A stretch of DNA of 64,000 nt from the human T2T-CHM13v2.0 reference genome, Homo sapiens (GCF_009914755.1 NC_060946.1); one strand, 5' to 3'. Shown: positions 37,374 to 52,117, counted from the stretch's first letter. Translations and numbers: made by a program. The notes: a model not told the origin generated them from the sequence alone.

Positions 37374-37437
37374 ATGCCTTGGCTGCTCTCAGCCCCCAAG
37401 CTGGTTCCCGCTGTAGCAAACGTCCGCGGCCTCTCAG
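37374..37437 (+). CDS. XPNPEP3: XPNPEP3 (Xaa-Pro aminopeptidase 3, Icp55 orthologue) coding exon 1, MPWLLSAPKLVPAVANVRGLS(G), mitochondrial presequence
   Basis: ATG at 37374, 64 nt, CAG|GTTAGA donor; splices in frame to exon 2. Confidence 0.95.
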
Positions 37438-39758
37438 GTTAGACTCTTCTCCCACGGTCTCCTCCCATGGTGTCCCCTGGAGGGACCCAAGTTGGTCTCA
37501 GGCGATCCCTGGTTCGGCTGACCCTTCTCCTGGTGGGGCCTCCGCTCCCCAACCCTCTGTGCTCCGCGGATTTCTTCTATACCGGCTGCTCCTGGAAAGG
37601 GGTGGGCCCAGTGTGTTCTCTACCGTTGAGGTATTTTGTGAAGCCGAAATGACTGCAGAGAGAAAAGTGTGCCATCCCCCAGAGGGGCTGTCTTCCAAGT
37701 TACTCGGACTCCGAAGTTGTGGCAATTATCACACTTAAGTGACAAAGTGTCTCACATCAAGTAGCTCTTGTTTCTGTTAGGCGTGAGAGCTTGCTCCAGA
37801 ATATACACGAAGCATGTTTAGTAACAAATTCTTTCAGCAGCTCCTCTTAGGAGAGGTAACTGTTTCGAAATACTTCTGGGGCGTTCTGTGTCTGAAAGTC
37901 CTGTTTGCAAAGACAAGACGAAGGATAAGGAGAATAATTTTTTGTAGGGTGTCCTCTATTGCGAGCAATTAATCTGATGAACATAAAGCTTAATCAGTGA
38001 AAACTGAATCACCTTCCTTGCAGGCGGATCTGCCATTGGATCGTATTTCAGTTTTTTGGGTCAATATATGAACAATGTGTGAACCAGAACGTATGGTATT
38101 TGACATCAAAGCTATGTCTTGGCATATGTTTATGTTGATATACTTGAATTCATTTAAAATGGAATGTTAATTACATCGACTTCTTACTATAAAAAATAAA
38201 AAGTTATTGTCCAGTGCACAGAACTTGTTCTTCAGTTCTCATAGTAAAGCTGCAGAAAGACAACTCTCCGTGGGATTAGGTGAAAAGAAAGATGTGCAAT
38301 TTTTCAGTCTTTTTTTGAGACAGGCTCTCATTCTGTTGCTCAGACTGGAGTGCAGTGGCAATCTCTGCTCATTTGCAACCTCTGCCTCCTGAGTTCAAGC
38401 AATTCTCGTGCCTCAGCCTCCCGAGGTAGCTGGGATTATAGGCGTGTGCCACCACGCCTGGCTAATTTTTGTAATTGTAGTAGAAACCAGGTTTTGCCAC
38501 GTTGGCCAAGCTGATCTCGAACTCCTGGCCTCAAGCGATCCACCCTCCTCTCTGAGCCACCGCCCCAGGCCTGGAATTTGCTTTTATTTGAAAGGCTCTC
38601 CCCAGCCTGACTAAAGGAGCCATACTACCAGAAGGAACACTTGCAAAGGCACAGAACTCTAAAACGGAGTGGCCAGCACTAAGCGTTGCAATCGTTTAGT
38701 ATGGCTGGAGAAGCTTTTTTTTTTTTTTTTTTTTTTTTGAGACAGAGTCTTGCTCTTGTCGCCCAGGCTGGAGTGCAGTGGCGCGATCTCTTGCCTTACT
38801 GCAACCTCCACCTCCCGAGTTCAAGCGATTCTCCTGTCTCAGCCTCCCGAGTAGCTGGGATTACAGGCGCCCGCCACCACGCCTGGCTAATTTATGTGTT
38901 TTTAGTAGAGATGGGGTTTCACCATCTTGGCCAGGCTGGTTTTGAACCCCTGACCTCGTGATCCACCCGCCTCGGCCTCCCAAAGTGCTGGGATTACAGG
39001 CGTGAGCCACCGCGCCCGGCTTAGGAAAAGATTTTTTGAAAGATGTTCTCAAACAAAATAGTAGGCATTACACGAAAATGATTCTGTGATCAAATACTTT
39101 TGGGGAATGCTGCCTTTCATAATGTACATAATAGTTTAATTCTTTTTTTGGAGATGGGGTCTTGCCATGTTGCCCAAAGTAAACTTGAACTCTCACCTCA
39201 GCTTCTCAAAGTGTTGCGATTATAAGTGTGAGCCACTGCACCCAGCCCTTAATAGTCTAGGTTTCTGAGAGATGTGTTCCGCAGTAATTTGCAAAATGTG
39301 TAAAAATGTATTTGACCATGGACCCCTTTTCTGTGATGAATCTTGAACTGGTATCCCTGGAACAGATTTTGGGAGAAGTTGGGCTAGAGCATAAGATGAG
39401 TACAAGGAGCTGATAGGAAATCAAGTTGGGAAAAAAGCTGGTGGCTGGCTCGTGGAGGGCCTTGTATATTATGTTAAGCAAACAATTAGCTTTTTCCTTT
39501 AGATGGTGGGAAAACTTTGAGGAATTTTAAGCTATTGAGTAAGATGATTAAATCTAAATTTTTGGTTTTCTGTTAAGAGTGAAGAAATGGACTACAGGGC
39601 ATGTCATTACATTCTTAAATTTTCTGAGACACTGATTTTTGCTTTAGTTTTTGGAAAATTGCAATTTTTTTTTCAACTTTACTACCACATGCATGATAAC
39701 AGATAAACTCTACTAAATATCACATCTTATATTAGAAGCATTTAAAATACCCTGGGCT

Positions 39759-39772
39759 TTTATTATTTTATT
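39759..39772 (-). terminator. Candidate DNAJB7 polyadenylation signals (two AATAAA)
   Basis: tttatt on the plus strand at 39759-39764 and 39767-39772, about 1.5 kb past the DNAJB7 stop. Confidence 0.5.
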
Positions 39773-40283
39773 TTCTGAAAATAAACTTTGAATACTAATT
39801 GTCCGCAGTCTCTTCTATAGAATAAATAACCTTTCCTTCTCCCATCTGCCCACTAAAAATCAAATACCGATACAAAACACAAGCTCTTGACTATAGCTGT
39901 CTTTTAAAAATAGCAGATATTATAATTTTTTTCTAATTTCGCATTTGTATTTGGCCAAAGTTGAATAAGTTTTAGTGCTGCTAGATGTAACTCAAACCAT
40001 TTGCTCGATATCTGATGTATTTGTAACCCATCTATTTTTCTCCCAACATGACTAAATTAAAATGGCTATAGGTGCTATTTTAGAGTAATGTATTTGTAGA
40101 TTTTGTGTACAAACTCTAAACAAAAATAGAAAATTTCCTGTCTGGAGTGATTCACTGATGGCCTACCATACAGACTGCTCTGAGGAATTCAGGATAAGAC
40201 TGGCCTTTAAAAAAAATGTGGTAAAATATACTACATAAAATTTACCATGTTACCCGTTTTTTAATTTTTTAAATTTTCTATAG

Positions 40284-40400
<117 letters not shown>

Positions 40401-41256
40401 TAGGCCTACAGGCACGTACCACCACACCCAGCTAAATTTTTAAAAAAGTTTTTTCATAGAGGACAGGTCTCATTATGTTACCCGGACTGTCGTGAAATTC
40501 TGACTTCAACCCTCCTGCCTGGGCCTCCCAAGATGCTAGGATTACAGGTGTGAGCCACTGCACCCAGCTAAGTCTATTTCTAACTTAAAATACTTTATAC
40601 TTTAATTTTTAATTTGTAGTACCTTTAAGTTATAATGCATCAAATGCTGTTCCTCCATTGGAAAACAGCCATTTCATGAATAATTGTGTAGTCTGAACCT
40701 GTGTGTCTTGATACATTCTTGTCTTCTAATGCTATGCATGTTTCGTAAGTTTGTATAGTGGTTTTAATTAGAAAAAAGAAAAATAGGCTATAAACTCTAC
40801 TAAAGAAAAATTCAAAAGTAAAAAACTCATTGCAGTTTTCCAAATTCCTTTTTTTTTTTTTTAAGACAGGGTCTTACTTTGTCACCCAAGCTGGAGTGCA
40901 GTGGCGTGATCCCATTACACTGCAACCTATGTCTTCCAGGCTCAAGCAGTCTTTCTACCAGCTTCCCGAGTAGCTGGGACTACAGGTGCGCACCACCACA
41001 CTTGGCTAATTTTTAAATTTTTTGTAGAGAAAAGATCTCACTATACTGCCCAGGCAAATTCTTATTAGCACCAACTGTCACCACAAACTCATCCTTTTCT
41101 GACATACCCATTCAAAAAAACTACTAACCAAATGTCCACAATCCTGCTAAAAGTGTTGAAAAGCTCTTAGTATAGTATTAAGTGTTATCTACAAAATTTG
41201 TGATTAACCAAAACACACACAATTGTGTTCAAATGTTATATATTTGAAGAGTCAAT

Positions 41257-42186
41257 TTAACAATTCCTTTTGGTAGACTTCTTTTGCACCTCTTTACGCT
41301 TCTTTTTTTTCCTCTTACCACCCTCTTTGACTCCTGCTGAGAAAATAGGGGGATCTCTGTTGCTGGTAACCCAAGATATACCTCCCTCATCATTGTCCAC
41401 GAAAGTATATTGAGATACATGTTTGGAGCTGTGAGAATTTGGTGAATAGTTGTTGAATGACTGTGTTCTCCAGCTGCATTCTTTTGCAAAGCCCTCTTCA
41501 TTGGCCACACTATTTACAAGAAAAAATGTCAACTCTCCATTATCTTCAGCTTCTCTTTCTTGATCACTTTCAATAATTTTCTTTGTATTAATATTTCTGC
41601 CATTAACGATTTTGTCTGAAGTTGTAACAGATATGTAGTTGTCCATCCCACTATTATCAAAAGCCAGGGAAGAGAAAGAAGTAAGGCCTTCATGCCCCAA
41701 TGAACCCTGTGATGTATATCCTGTATCATATGAAGAAAATTTCTCAAAAATTGGATATTCACTGGCAGTGGAGAAAAAGTATCCTGCATCTCTGTTTCTG
41801 TTTCCATAGGAGCTTCCTGGACGATTTAACAGGTCCTCAAGCGAGTCTTCAAAGAAGTGAAAAGAAAATGGATCCCTTTCATGAAAAATTTCTTTAAAAA
41901 CATCATCTGGCTTATGGAATGTGAAGCCGTACTCACATTCATCATCAAAATGACTTCCACCTCCGTTTAATCCTTCTGTGCCATATTTATCATAAATGTC
42001 CCGTTTCTCATCATTTGATAATACCTCGTATGCCTCAGCTACTTCTTTGAATTTTCTCTCTGCTTCTTCTTTATTTTCTGGATTTTTATCAGGGTGCCAT
42101 TTAAGTGCCACTTTATGATAAGCTTTTTTAATGTCCTCAGGTGAAGCATATCTTTGCAGTCCTAGAACTTCATAGTAATCCACCAT
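41257..42186 (-). CDS. DNAJB7: DNAJB7, intronless class B J-domain protein (309 aa), DNAJB6-like retrogene nested in XPNPEP3 intron 1
   Basis: Single 930-nt ORF; MVDYYEVLG...KWHPDKNP J-domain with HPD; AACATGG start context; basic C-terminus. Confidence 0.97.
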   Translation of the reverse strand: MVDYYEVLGLQRYASPEDIKKAYHKVALKWHPDKNPENKEEAERKFKEVAEAYEVLSNDEKRDIYDKYGTEGLNGGGSHFDDECEYGFTFHKPDDVFKEIFHERDPFSFHFFEDSLEDLLNRPGSSYGNRNRDAGYFFSTASEYPIFEKFSSYDTGYTSQGSLGHEGLTSFSSLAFDNSGMDNYISVTTSDKIVNGRNINTKKIIESDQEREAEDNGELTFFLVNSVANEEGFAKECSWRTQSFNNYSPNSHSSKHVSQYTFVDNDEGGISWVTSNRDPPIFSAGVKEGGKRKKKKRKEVQKKSTKRNC

Positions 42187-44154
42187 GTTTTAACAGATAG
42201 TTGGAAGTGGGTGTGCTGGGTATTGAGAACCGTGGTTTCCTCAGCTCAGGCTCTGCTGGTGGTGGTGATAGAGGTAGTGACTGCAAATAGGTACACTTTT
42301 ATGTTAAAGACAATGTTATTACCATGTGCTAAGAGATGAGGATACTGATTATGTGGCAAGCAGAGTTACAAATATGTCAGAGAGGGCTGCATTATGGTGT
42401 CATTCTGGGGTCAGTGTAGGGACTGGACCTTCCAAATAGAGCTAGTCCAGAGTCGTACCAGACCATCCTGAATCCTCTGGACTGTTTCCCCTGTATGTTT
42501 CCCTGGAAGCTTCAGGCAGTGCCTCATAAGCCAATGGAATCTGTTGCTAATAGCCACAGCATATCCCTTGCATAATATGACCTCTAGATTACTGCGCCTT
42601 AATTGCTTCCCAGCTCTTCTATGCTTTGGTTTAGAAAAATGAAGTACTGACTTACGGGTGAAGAAAGTATTCAAACAGTTGACATATTTATTTCAGTCAA
42701 GAAACAGTTCAGAGGGAGATACAAACAAGTAACTTAGTTACAATATAATAGTTATGATGAGAGGAAGTACTGGATGCTAAACAATTATATGAGAGACAGC
42801 TCAGGCTGGGGGTGTCAATGAAAGCCTCTTGGAGGAAGTAGCCTGATATGTTAACTTTCTGCATGCCAGTGGTAAGTCATTTGAGATTATAGTATCTTTG
42901 TCCACCCAAGGTTTACTGCTGTAAAACATGTAATTAAAGATTTGGAAAGTTGTGTGTTTATGTATTCACTGTATAATTATTGATTGTCTACTTTGTGCCA
43001 GGCACCGTTTTAGCCACTGGTGATAGCAGTATTGAACAAAAGACACCAGTTTTCCTGGTGCTTGCATTATAATAGAATACAAATAGGAGAACAAATAAAA
43101 TAATTTAAGATAATGCGATATGTGCTCCAAAAAAAATAGCAATGTGCTGGGGGCAGAGCGCTACTTTAGATTGGTTTTAGAAGGCTTCTGAGGAGATGAC
43201 ATTATTGCTGAGACCTATATGACAGTCAGCCACATAGTGATCTAATATGGTAGCCACTGGCCATGTTGATGGACATTTTGGTTGTTGCCAGTTGGGGCTG
43301 TTGGACATAAAGCTAGCACTTATTTCAAGTACAGTGGGAAGCCTTTGTGGGGAGTGGGGAATATGCAAGTTTAATGATGTGATTTACATTTGTAATGGAT
43401 CAGTGGCTACTATTTGGAAATTCAGTCATGTATGGGAAAGTAGAATTCGAGAGCCAAATTAGAAACAGACCAAAGGTGATTTTCTTTGGGGATAAACTAC
43501 CAGTAGTCTAGACCCGAATTTAAAGGTCTTATATTCTATACCTGGCTCATTTTATTGTCTGAGAAAATTCCCTGTAATCTTTGTTTTTCCTCCTCTATGT
43601 TGTGTTTATTTTATTTTCCATCACATTTATAACCCCTCAGTTAAATGATACGCTAATGAAATCTAAAACTGTAGTGTATGCTTCTAGTCTTTCAAGACCA
43701 TTTGTCAGGTCTGAATATTTTTTTGCTTTGCATTTTTATATATACTCATTTTTTAGAGGTATTGTGAAATGCTTAAAACTCAATTTAAATTCTCTCCAGT
43801 GTATGTGCTTACATGTACTTATGTGTGGCTTACCCATGATTATAATTTGCCTACCACTGGAAATAATAACCAATAATGTCGAAAATTATTTGAGTACCCT
43901 CTGAGTCACACTGTAGCAAGTGCTCATTTAACTGACACAGCACTCTAGCAAAATAAATATTTTATGCCCATAAGAAAACAGACGTTCTGAGAGAGAAAGT
44001 AATTTGTCTAAGGCTACATAGCTTGTTAGTGAAAAATCTGATTTTTAAACTTGAGTCTAATTTCAAGTTCTCATTCCACTCTACTGCATTTCTCGGACTA
44101 GGACTTAAAGAGTTTAGGTTCTAGGCATTCCACAAACAGATACTGAGAACCTGC

Positions 44155-45129
<975 letters not shown>

Positions 45130-45538
45130 CTATGATACAGAGAAAAGGTAGAAAATAGGAAATTCTGCTCTTAAGAAATTCATATAGTTTGAAAAAACTA
45201 ATTTCAGTGGAGTGTAAAGTTATAATACGAGCACTTGTTTCTGCAGTTATACCCTTCTTTGTTGATCCTTTGCCTCCCAGCCATCCGCTGTGCCATTTTC
45301 TCTGCCTCTTCACAACAAAACTTATCCAGAGTATTGTCTCAGTGTCTTTGCTTTCTTACATCCTATTCCCTCCTTGGCATACTCCAATCTGTCTTCTGTC
45401 TTCTTTACTCTGCTAAAATCGCCAGGGTCTCCAGTGATTGATGTTACCATATCCAGTGGTTGTCCTTTTGGCTTCCTTGTATTTTGAAGCACTTGCCACA
45501 CTGTGAGCCCTCCTCACTTTTTTTTTTTTTTTTTTTGA

Positions 45539-45697
<159 letters not shown>

Positions 45698-48611
45698 TAG
45701 TAGAGACAGGGTTTCTCCATGTTGGTCAGGCTGGTCTCGAACTCCCGACCTCAGGTGATCCACTTGCCTCGGCCTCCCAAAGTGCTGGGATTACAGGTGT
45801 GAGCCACTGCGCCTGGCATAGTCCTCCCCACTTCTTAAAACACTTGTTTTTTAACTTCCTAAATACCACACTCTTTTTTTGTGGGGGGCGGGGGGGCAGC
45901 GGGTAGAGACAGGGTTTAGCCATGTTGGCCAGGCTGGTCCCGAACTCCTGGCCTCAAGTGATCTGTCTGCCTGCCTCGGCCTCCCAAAGTGCTGGGATTA
46001 CAAGCATGAGCCACCATGCCCAGCACTAAATACTGTACTCTTCTAGTTTTCCTTCTTTCTCCTGTGCTCTTTCTCACACTAAAATATTACAGTGCCAGGC
46101 TTTGTTCAGTCTCCCTGGGTAATACCCATTCCCAGGGCTTTAGATGCCATCTGTGTGCTTATAACACCCTAATTTATATATCTAGCCTAGCACTTTTCTC
46201 CCTGAAATTAAGATTGCTCTTTGACCTCTCCATTAAATTTATTTCCAATAAATATCTCAGGCTTTCCTGTTGCATGTAGTGGTACAACCATTTATTCACT
46301 TGTTCAAGTCAAAAATCAAGAATTATTCTTAATTCCTCTTTTTTCTTTATTTCTTATGTCCAATTAGAAGCCAGACTCATTGACTTTTAACTTCAAAATA
46401 CATTTCAAATCAAGTCACTGGGAAAATAAAGTCAAATAACAAGTGATCTCTGCTTCCAAAGATTGTTCATAGTAGACTGGCAAACTAATTAGCAATTATG
46501 TGAAGTGTAGTAGGTATTAAAATAGAAATCATAGGAGCGTTGGGGAAGACATCTGAAACAAGCAGAACAGAGGCAGTAGGTGTGAGAAGAGTAAGAGAAG
46601 TCTCTTGCGTAAGTGATGTTTGAGCTGGTATTTTTTAGAATTTCTGTAATCGTATAAGCAGGCAGTGTCCACTTTAGACTAAGAGAACTATATTTTTTAA
46701 TGCAAATGCTATTATGATGCAGAATGATTTAGCCGGGGTTCTTCAAGTAGCTTAGTGTGGCTGCAATAATGTTTTTTGAGGATTAGGTCAGATAAGGGAG
46801 CAGGATCCAAATCATGAAGTTTCCTAAGCAAAAGAGTTTGAAGCTTATGAACTGGATATTTTTGAAATAGGACTTAACACACCAGCTTTGCTACTAATTA
46901 TATGACTTCGGGCAAAAGATGTTTAATGTAAGTAAAAAGCTATTGAGACCTTTTTTAAAAATTTACTGGGAATAAACATCTTAATTTATGTCTCCTGTTA
47001 AAGTGTTACTTGTTTGCTTTGAATTTAATAAAGTTAAGCTCCCTCTGCTTGAGAGTGGTCCAAAATATGCTAGGATTATTTCATATGAGCATTGAAAAAG
47101 GAATCAGTTAACTTTTTATATTCTGAAATTTTACTGCCTAATGAGATTACAGAAGACACTATGTGTGCATGAGTACGTGTGCACGAGCGTGCATGTGGAG
47201 AAGGTGCAGGAGGAGAGAAAGAGAAATCACCAATGCAACAGCAGCCTACTCCACCAGTGGGTTAGTGCTGCTGGAGGGAGATGAAAAGATTAGGAAGGTA
47301 AGATAGCTTTGAAGGCTTTGTATTCTAAATTAAGGAGTTAGATTTTTAACTGTCACGTGAGGTAGGCATTATCATCATTATTTTACAAACACAGAATCAG
47401 ACTCAGAGAAGTAATCTGGACAAGGTTACACACTTAGTACCAGAGAAGCTGAGATTCAAACTCAGGTTTATTTGACTTCATAATCTTTGCTCTTATCCCT
47501 CCCCCTTGCCGCTCACTAGGTCCTCTCTGTTTAATCTCAACAATCAATACTGTACAATCTCCTTGTGAACATACAATTTCTGTAAGGACTATGAATTATG
47601 AATAATAATATATGTATTTGGGAGAGAAGAGTCTTAAAAGTTAATTCCAGTTTGTAGAAGATTGTTTAGAAAAATCATAGCTTCTTCTAAAAAGATTTAA
47701 AAAAAAGAAAAATCATAGCTTCTAAGATGATTACAAAGAAATTGGTGTGGGTTTCCAACCTGGGCAACATAGTGAGACCTCATCTCTACCAAAAATAAAA
47801 AAAATTAACCAGTCTTGGTGGCACATACCTGTAGTCCCAGCTACTTGGGAGGCTGAGCCACTGACTCCAGCCTGGGCAACAGAGTGAGACTCTGTCTTAA
47901 AAATAAATAAATGAATAAATATTGAAGGAGAGAAGGAAGGAAATATTAGTTTGCATTTTTCTAAAGCATCCAAACTGTTGGAGATGGATAAGTGCATTTA
48001 TACCATGAAGACTTTCTAGATCTATTGTTTCATTTCATTTATTGCCTAAGCCCAGAGGAACAAAGCTGCAGTGAGCTATGATCATGCCACTACACTCCAG
48101 CCTGGGCGACAGAGTGAGACCTGTCTCAAAAAAAAAAAAAAAAAACCCAACAAACAAAACTCCTTATGTGTGAATCCACTGTTGCATTCACCATTTAATA
48201 TTGTAATGCTCTATTTTGTCTCACCTCCACTAGACTGTGCATTCTTTAAAGACCACAGCATATAGCCTTGTCATTCATGTGTCTTTCTTTGAGCATGTTC
48301 CAATCATGTGCAAAGAATTTTTTAATTAATGCTAATAACTAACATTTGTTGTACTCTATGATTAAGCATTTTTCATAAATTATTTTATCTAGCTCTGACA
48401 TTCCAAGATTAAATGAGATAGCATGTGCATATTTTCTCATGCTTAACATATTCTCAATAAAAAATGTTGATTATCTTTTCCTGAGTTTTAGGACACAGCT
48501 TTATGCTATCTCTGTGATACCCTTTCAAACTGCCTCTGTGATATCCTTCCCCTGCCTTTTTTGGTTCCTTTCTTCTGTTTTCATAGCTCCTTATTCATAC
48601 CTTTATTATAT

Positions 48612-48612
48612 A

Positions 48613-48652
<40 letters not shown>
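48612..48652. repeat. (TG)n microsatellite
   Basis: Seen directly. Confidence 0.9.
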
Positions 48653-48653
<1 letters not shown>

Positions 48654-48763
48654 AAAATATTATAGCAGACAAATGTCTCTGAGGGTAAAGATCTCATTTC
48701 TGTTTTCCTAAGGCCCAACACAGAGTCTGACACAGAGCAAAGGCCATATAAATATTGAAGGAG

Positions 48764-49052
48764 GGCCAGGTGCAGTGGCTCATGCCTGTAATCCCAACAC
48801 TTTGGGAGGCCGAGGTGGGCGGATCACTTGAGGTCAAGAGTTCGAGACCAGCCTGGCCAACAGGATTAAACCCCGTCTCTACAAAAATTAGCCAGACATG
48901 GTGGCACGCACCTGTAATCCCAGCTATGTAGGAGGCTTGAGGCAGGAGAATCACTTGAACCCAGGAGGTGGAGGTTGCAGTGAGCCGAGATCATGCCACT
49001 GACTCCAGCCTGGGTGACAGAGTGAGACTCTGTCTTAAAAAAAAAATAAATG
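48764..49052 (+). mobile_element. AluS with TSD AATATTGAAGGAG, just upstream of XPNPEP3 exon 2
   Basis: TSD at 48751-48763 and 49053-49065. Confidence 0.9.
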
Positions 49053-49189
49053 AATATTGAAGGAGAGAAGGAAGGAAATATTAGTTTGCATTTTTCTAAA
49101 GCATCTAAACTGCTAGAGATAAGTGTATTTATACCATGAAGACTTTCTAGATCTATTGTTTCATTTCATTCTCTTTATTCTTCATTCAG

Positions 49190-49306
49190 GATGTATGTTG
49201 TGTTCACAGCGAAGGTACTCCCTTCAGCCTGTCCCAGAAAGGAGGATTCCAAACCGATACTTAGGCCAGCCCAGCCCCTTTACACACCCACACCTCCTCA
49301 GACCAG
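49190..49306 (+). CDS. XPNPEP3: XPNPEP3 coding exon 2 ([39 protein letters not shown])
   Basis: Polypyrimidine tract then TTCAG| acceptor, CAG|GTAAG donor, 117 nt; within ORF 49123..49320. Confidence 0.96.
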
Positions 49307-49349
49307 GTAAGGCCTTTTAACTGTGCTATCTCCCCATTTAGGTTCTGTC

Positions 49350-49560
49350 TAGAGCAATGCTATGCAATAGAACTTCTTGCAGTAAGCTCTGGATCTGTGC
49401 TGTTCCATAAGGTAGCCACTAACCTCACATGGCCATTTTACACTAATAAGGTTGCTAGTACAGCTGAGGAGCTGAACTTTTTATTTTATTTAATTTTAAT
49501 TAATTTAAATTTAAGCTTAACTACATGTGGGTACTGGTGCTTTATTGACAATACTAGTCT
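49350..49560. mobile_element. MER3-like hAT DNA transposon
   Basis: CAATAGAACTT...GGTAGCCACTAACCTCACATGG...CTGAGGAGCTGAACTTTT; GTCTAGA on both sides. Confidence 0.65.
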
Positions 49561-50238
49561 AGAACAAGGTTTAAATATGATAGACCTTATAATTCAGAAT
49601 AATTAATGAAAGGTATGTATTTCAGGATGTTTTTAAAGCAAAGTTCTATTTCTAAGTCAGCTTTTAGAATTGTATACTATTGTGAATTACTGTGTTAAAG
49701 ACATTTTAGAAAACATGTTTTTTCTTGAAATTATCAAATATTTACTTTAAAATTATAACCTATTTCTATATAGATTAAGCAAGATTTCCAGATTTGTTTG
49801 TCACAGATTTGAGAGGTAGTATCCCAGTTGATAAAGGTGATGCAAAAAAATGATAAAGGTTTGTTTTACTAATTTTTTTTTCTGCTATAAGATCCCAGCG
49901 TTGCTGCCAGAAGATGTCTTATAACTATTGCTCAAATTTAGACCTAAAGGTTTTTTGTTTTGATTTCTTGCACTTAAGGGGTGAACTATGACTAATGAAT
50001 ATCTCAGAGAGGAAGGTAGGGTAAAAGCAAACACATTGTAGAAAAAGCAATCAGGTTTTCAAGGAAAATTAATTGTTCTTTCTGCCATAAGAAATTAAAT
50101 ATGTATTTGCCATATAAGCATATATATTACTAATGGAAATTTACCTTTAGAAATATGTTCCTTTTTCACTATCCCCACTCAGTGAATGATACCAGTATGT
50201 TTCTCAGTGAGGGCTTCCTTTTGCTGATTTTTCATCAG

Positions 50239-50330
50239 ACTCGAATTCCTGCTGGGAAGTCGGCTGAAACTAAGGAAATGCAGCTCACCACTGAAACCCA
50301 CAAGAAATCAGAGTTTTTCAAAGCTGTAAG
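50239..50330 (+). other. XPNPEP3: XPNPEP3 alternative cassette exon with in-frame stop (adds DSNSCWEVG*)
   Basis: Branch-like GCTGAT, TTTTTCATCAG| acceptor, AAG|GTAAGC donor, 92 nt, TGA at 50265-50267; fits my recall of a stop-containing alternative exon linked to the cytosolic APP3 isoform. Confidence 0.8.
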
Positions 50331-50878
50331 GTAAGCTTAATAGCAACCCAGTTGGTATTAATTTTAGTATTTATCTACCCTATCAACCTACCTGTAGACT
50401 CGAGTTATTTTTTTAAGTAGAATTGATAGTTTTACCAGCTTTGAAAATTACTGATTTCTTGTGGTGAGATATTTTTACATGGTAAGCTGCATTTTCCAGG
50501 CCTTAAACCTAGTAATTATATTGTCAAGATAATGGCCTCTGTATCTAGATTTTTTTGCTCTATACCTTAAGTGCATGTTAAGTATAAGTGAATGTAAATA
50601 AATATGTACACGTATATGTTCACATACATATGTATGTGAATATCTGGGGGAAAAGGGATGCCTGTCCTAATTTTACTCTCCTAGACGTGGGATTTTGGAC
50701 ATTGGGGTAAGTGAGAAGGGATGGAAGTAGATGGAATTTTAAAACAGAATTATTAGTATTTTAAACCTCAAACTATCAGATGTACCATTAGGTACAGATT
50801 TTTCTGCAGACAAAAGTATCAAAAGAATTAATCATTTGTGTTTCTCCTTCCAGAGATGCAAAACTTGTGGAAGTGTTA

Positions 50879-51239
<361 letters not shown>

Positions 51240-52117
51240 TTAAAGGCATGTAATACTTAAAAAGTCTCTTAGGCCAGGTACAGTGGCTCACGCCTATAAT
51301 CCCAACACTTTGGAAAGACAAGATGAGAGGATCACTTGAGGTTAGGAGTTCGAGACGAGCATAGGCAACATAGCAAGACCCTGTCTCTATAAGAAATAAA
51401 AAAAATTAGTGCTCCTGCCTATAGTCTCAGCTACTCGGGGGACTCAGGTGGGAGGATTGCATGAGCCCAGGAGGTCAAGGATGCAGTGAGCTGTGATCAT
51501 GCCTCTGCACTCCATCTTGGGTGACAGAATGAGACCGTGTCTCTCTCTCTCAAAAAAAGTCTCTTACGCAGTTGGCTTGTTAGTTTAGGATATAAAATTA
51601 TGTAATGTGCACTTGGTTTCTCCAAAAGGTTTCATGTTTTGCATATTTCTCTAATACATGGCAGTATGTACTTAATACTTTTGGGAAACATCTCAATGCC
51701 TTTCCTAATTATTACGCAAGTTCTATACATACAGAAAAAGAGAATACAGGTAAGCATAGATTTTTTTTTTAATTACTAATAATCCCACAACTCAGAGAAA
51801 GCCACTGTTGAGAGGATTTTGGTATATGTTTCTTTTTAGTCCTATTTCTTACATAGGTGTATGTGTGTATAAGTGTACATGTGTACACATTCTTTGCATA
51901 TTGCTCTATTATTTCCTTAAATTCTTAGAAGTGAAATTACTGGGGCCAGGCGCGGTGGCTCACACCTGTAATCCCAGCACTTTGGGAGGCTGAGGTGGAT
52001 GGATCACGAGGTCAGGAGTTCGAGACCAGCCTGGCCAACATAGTGAAATCCCGTCTCTACTAAAAATAGAAAAATTAGCTGGGCATGGTGGCGCATGCCT
52101 GTAGTCCCAGCTATTCA

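Noticed and set aside
41229-41897. Alternative-frame and antisense ORFs inside DNAJB7
   Set aside because: Shadow ORFs of a real CDS, with no independent support.
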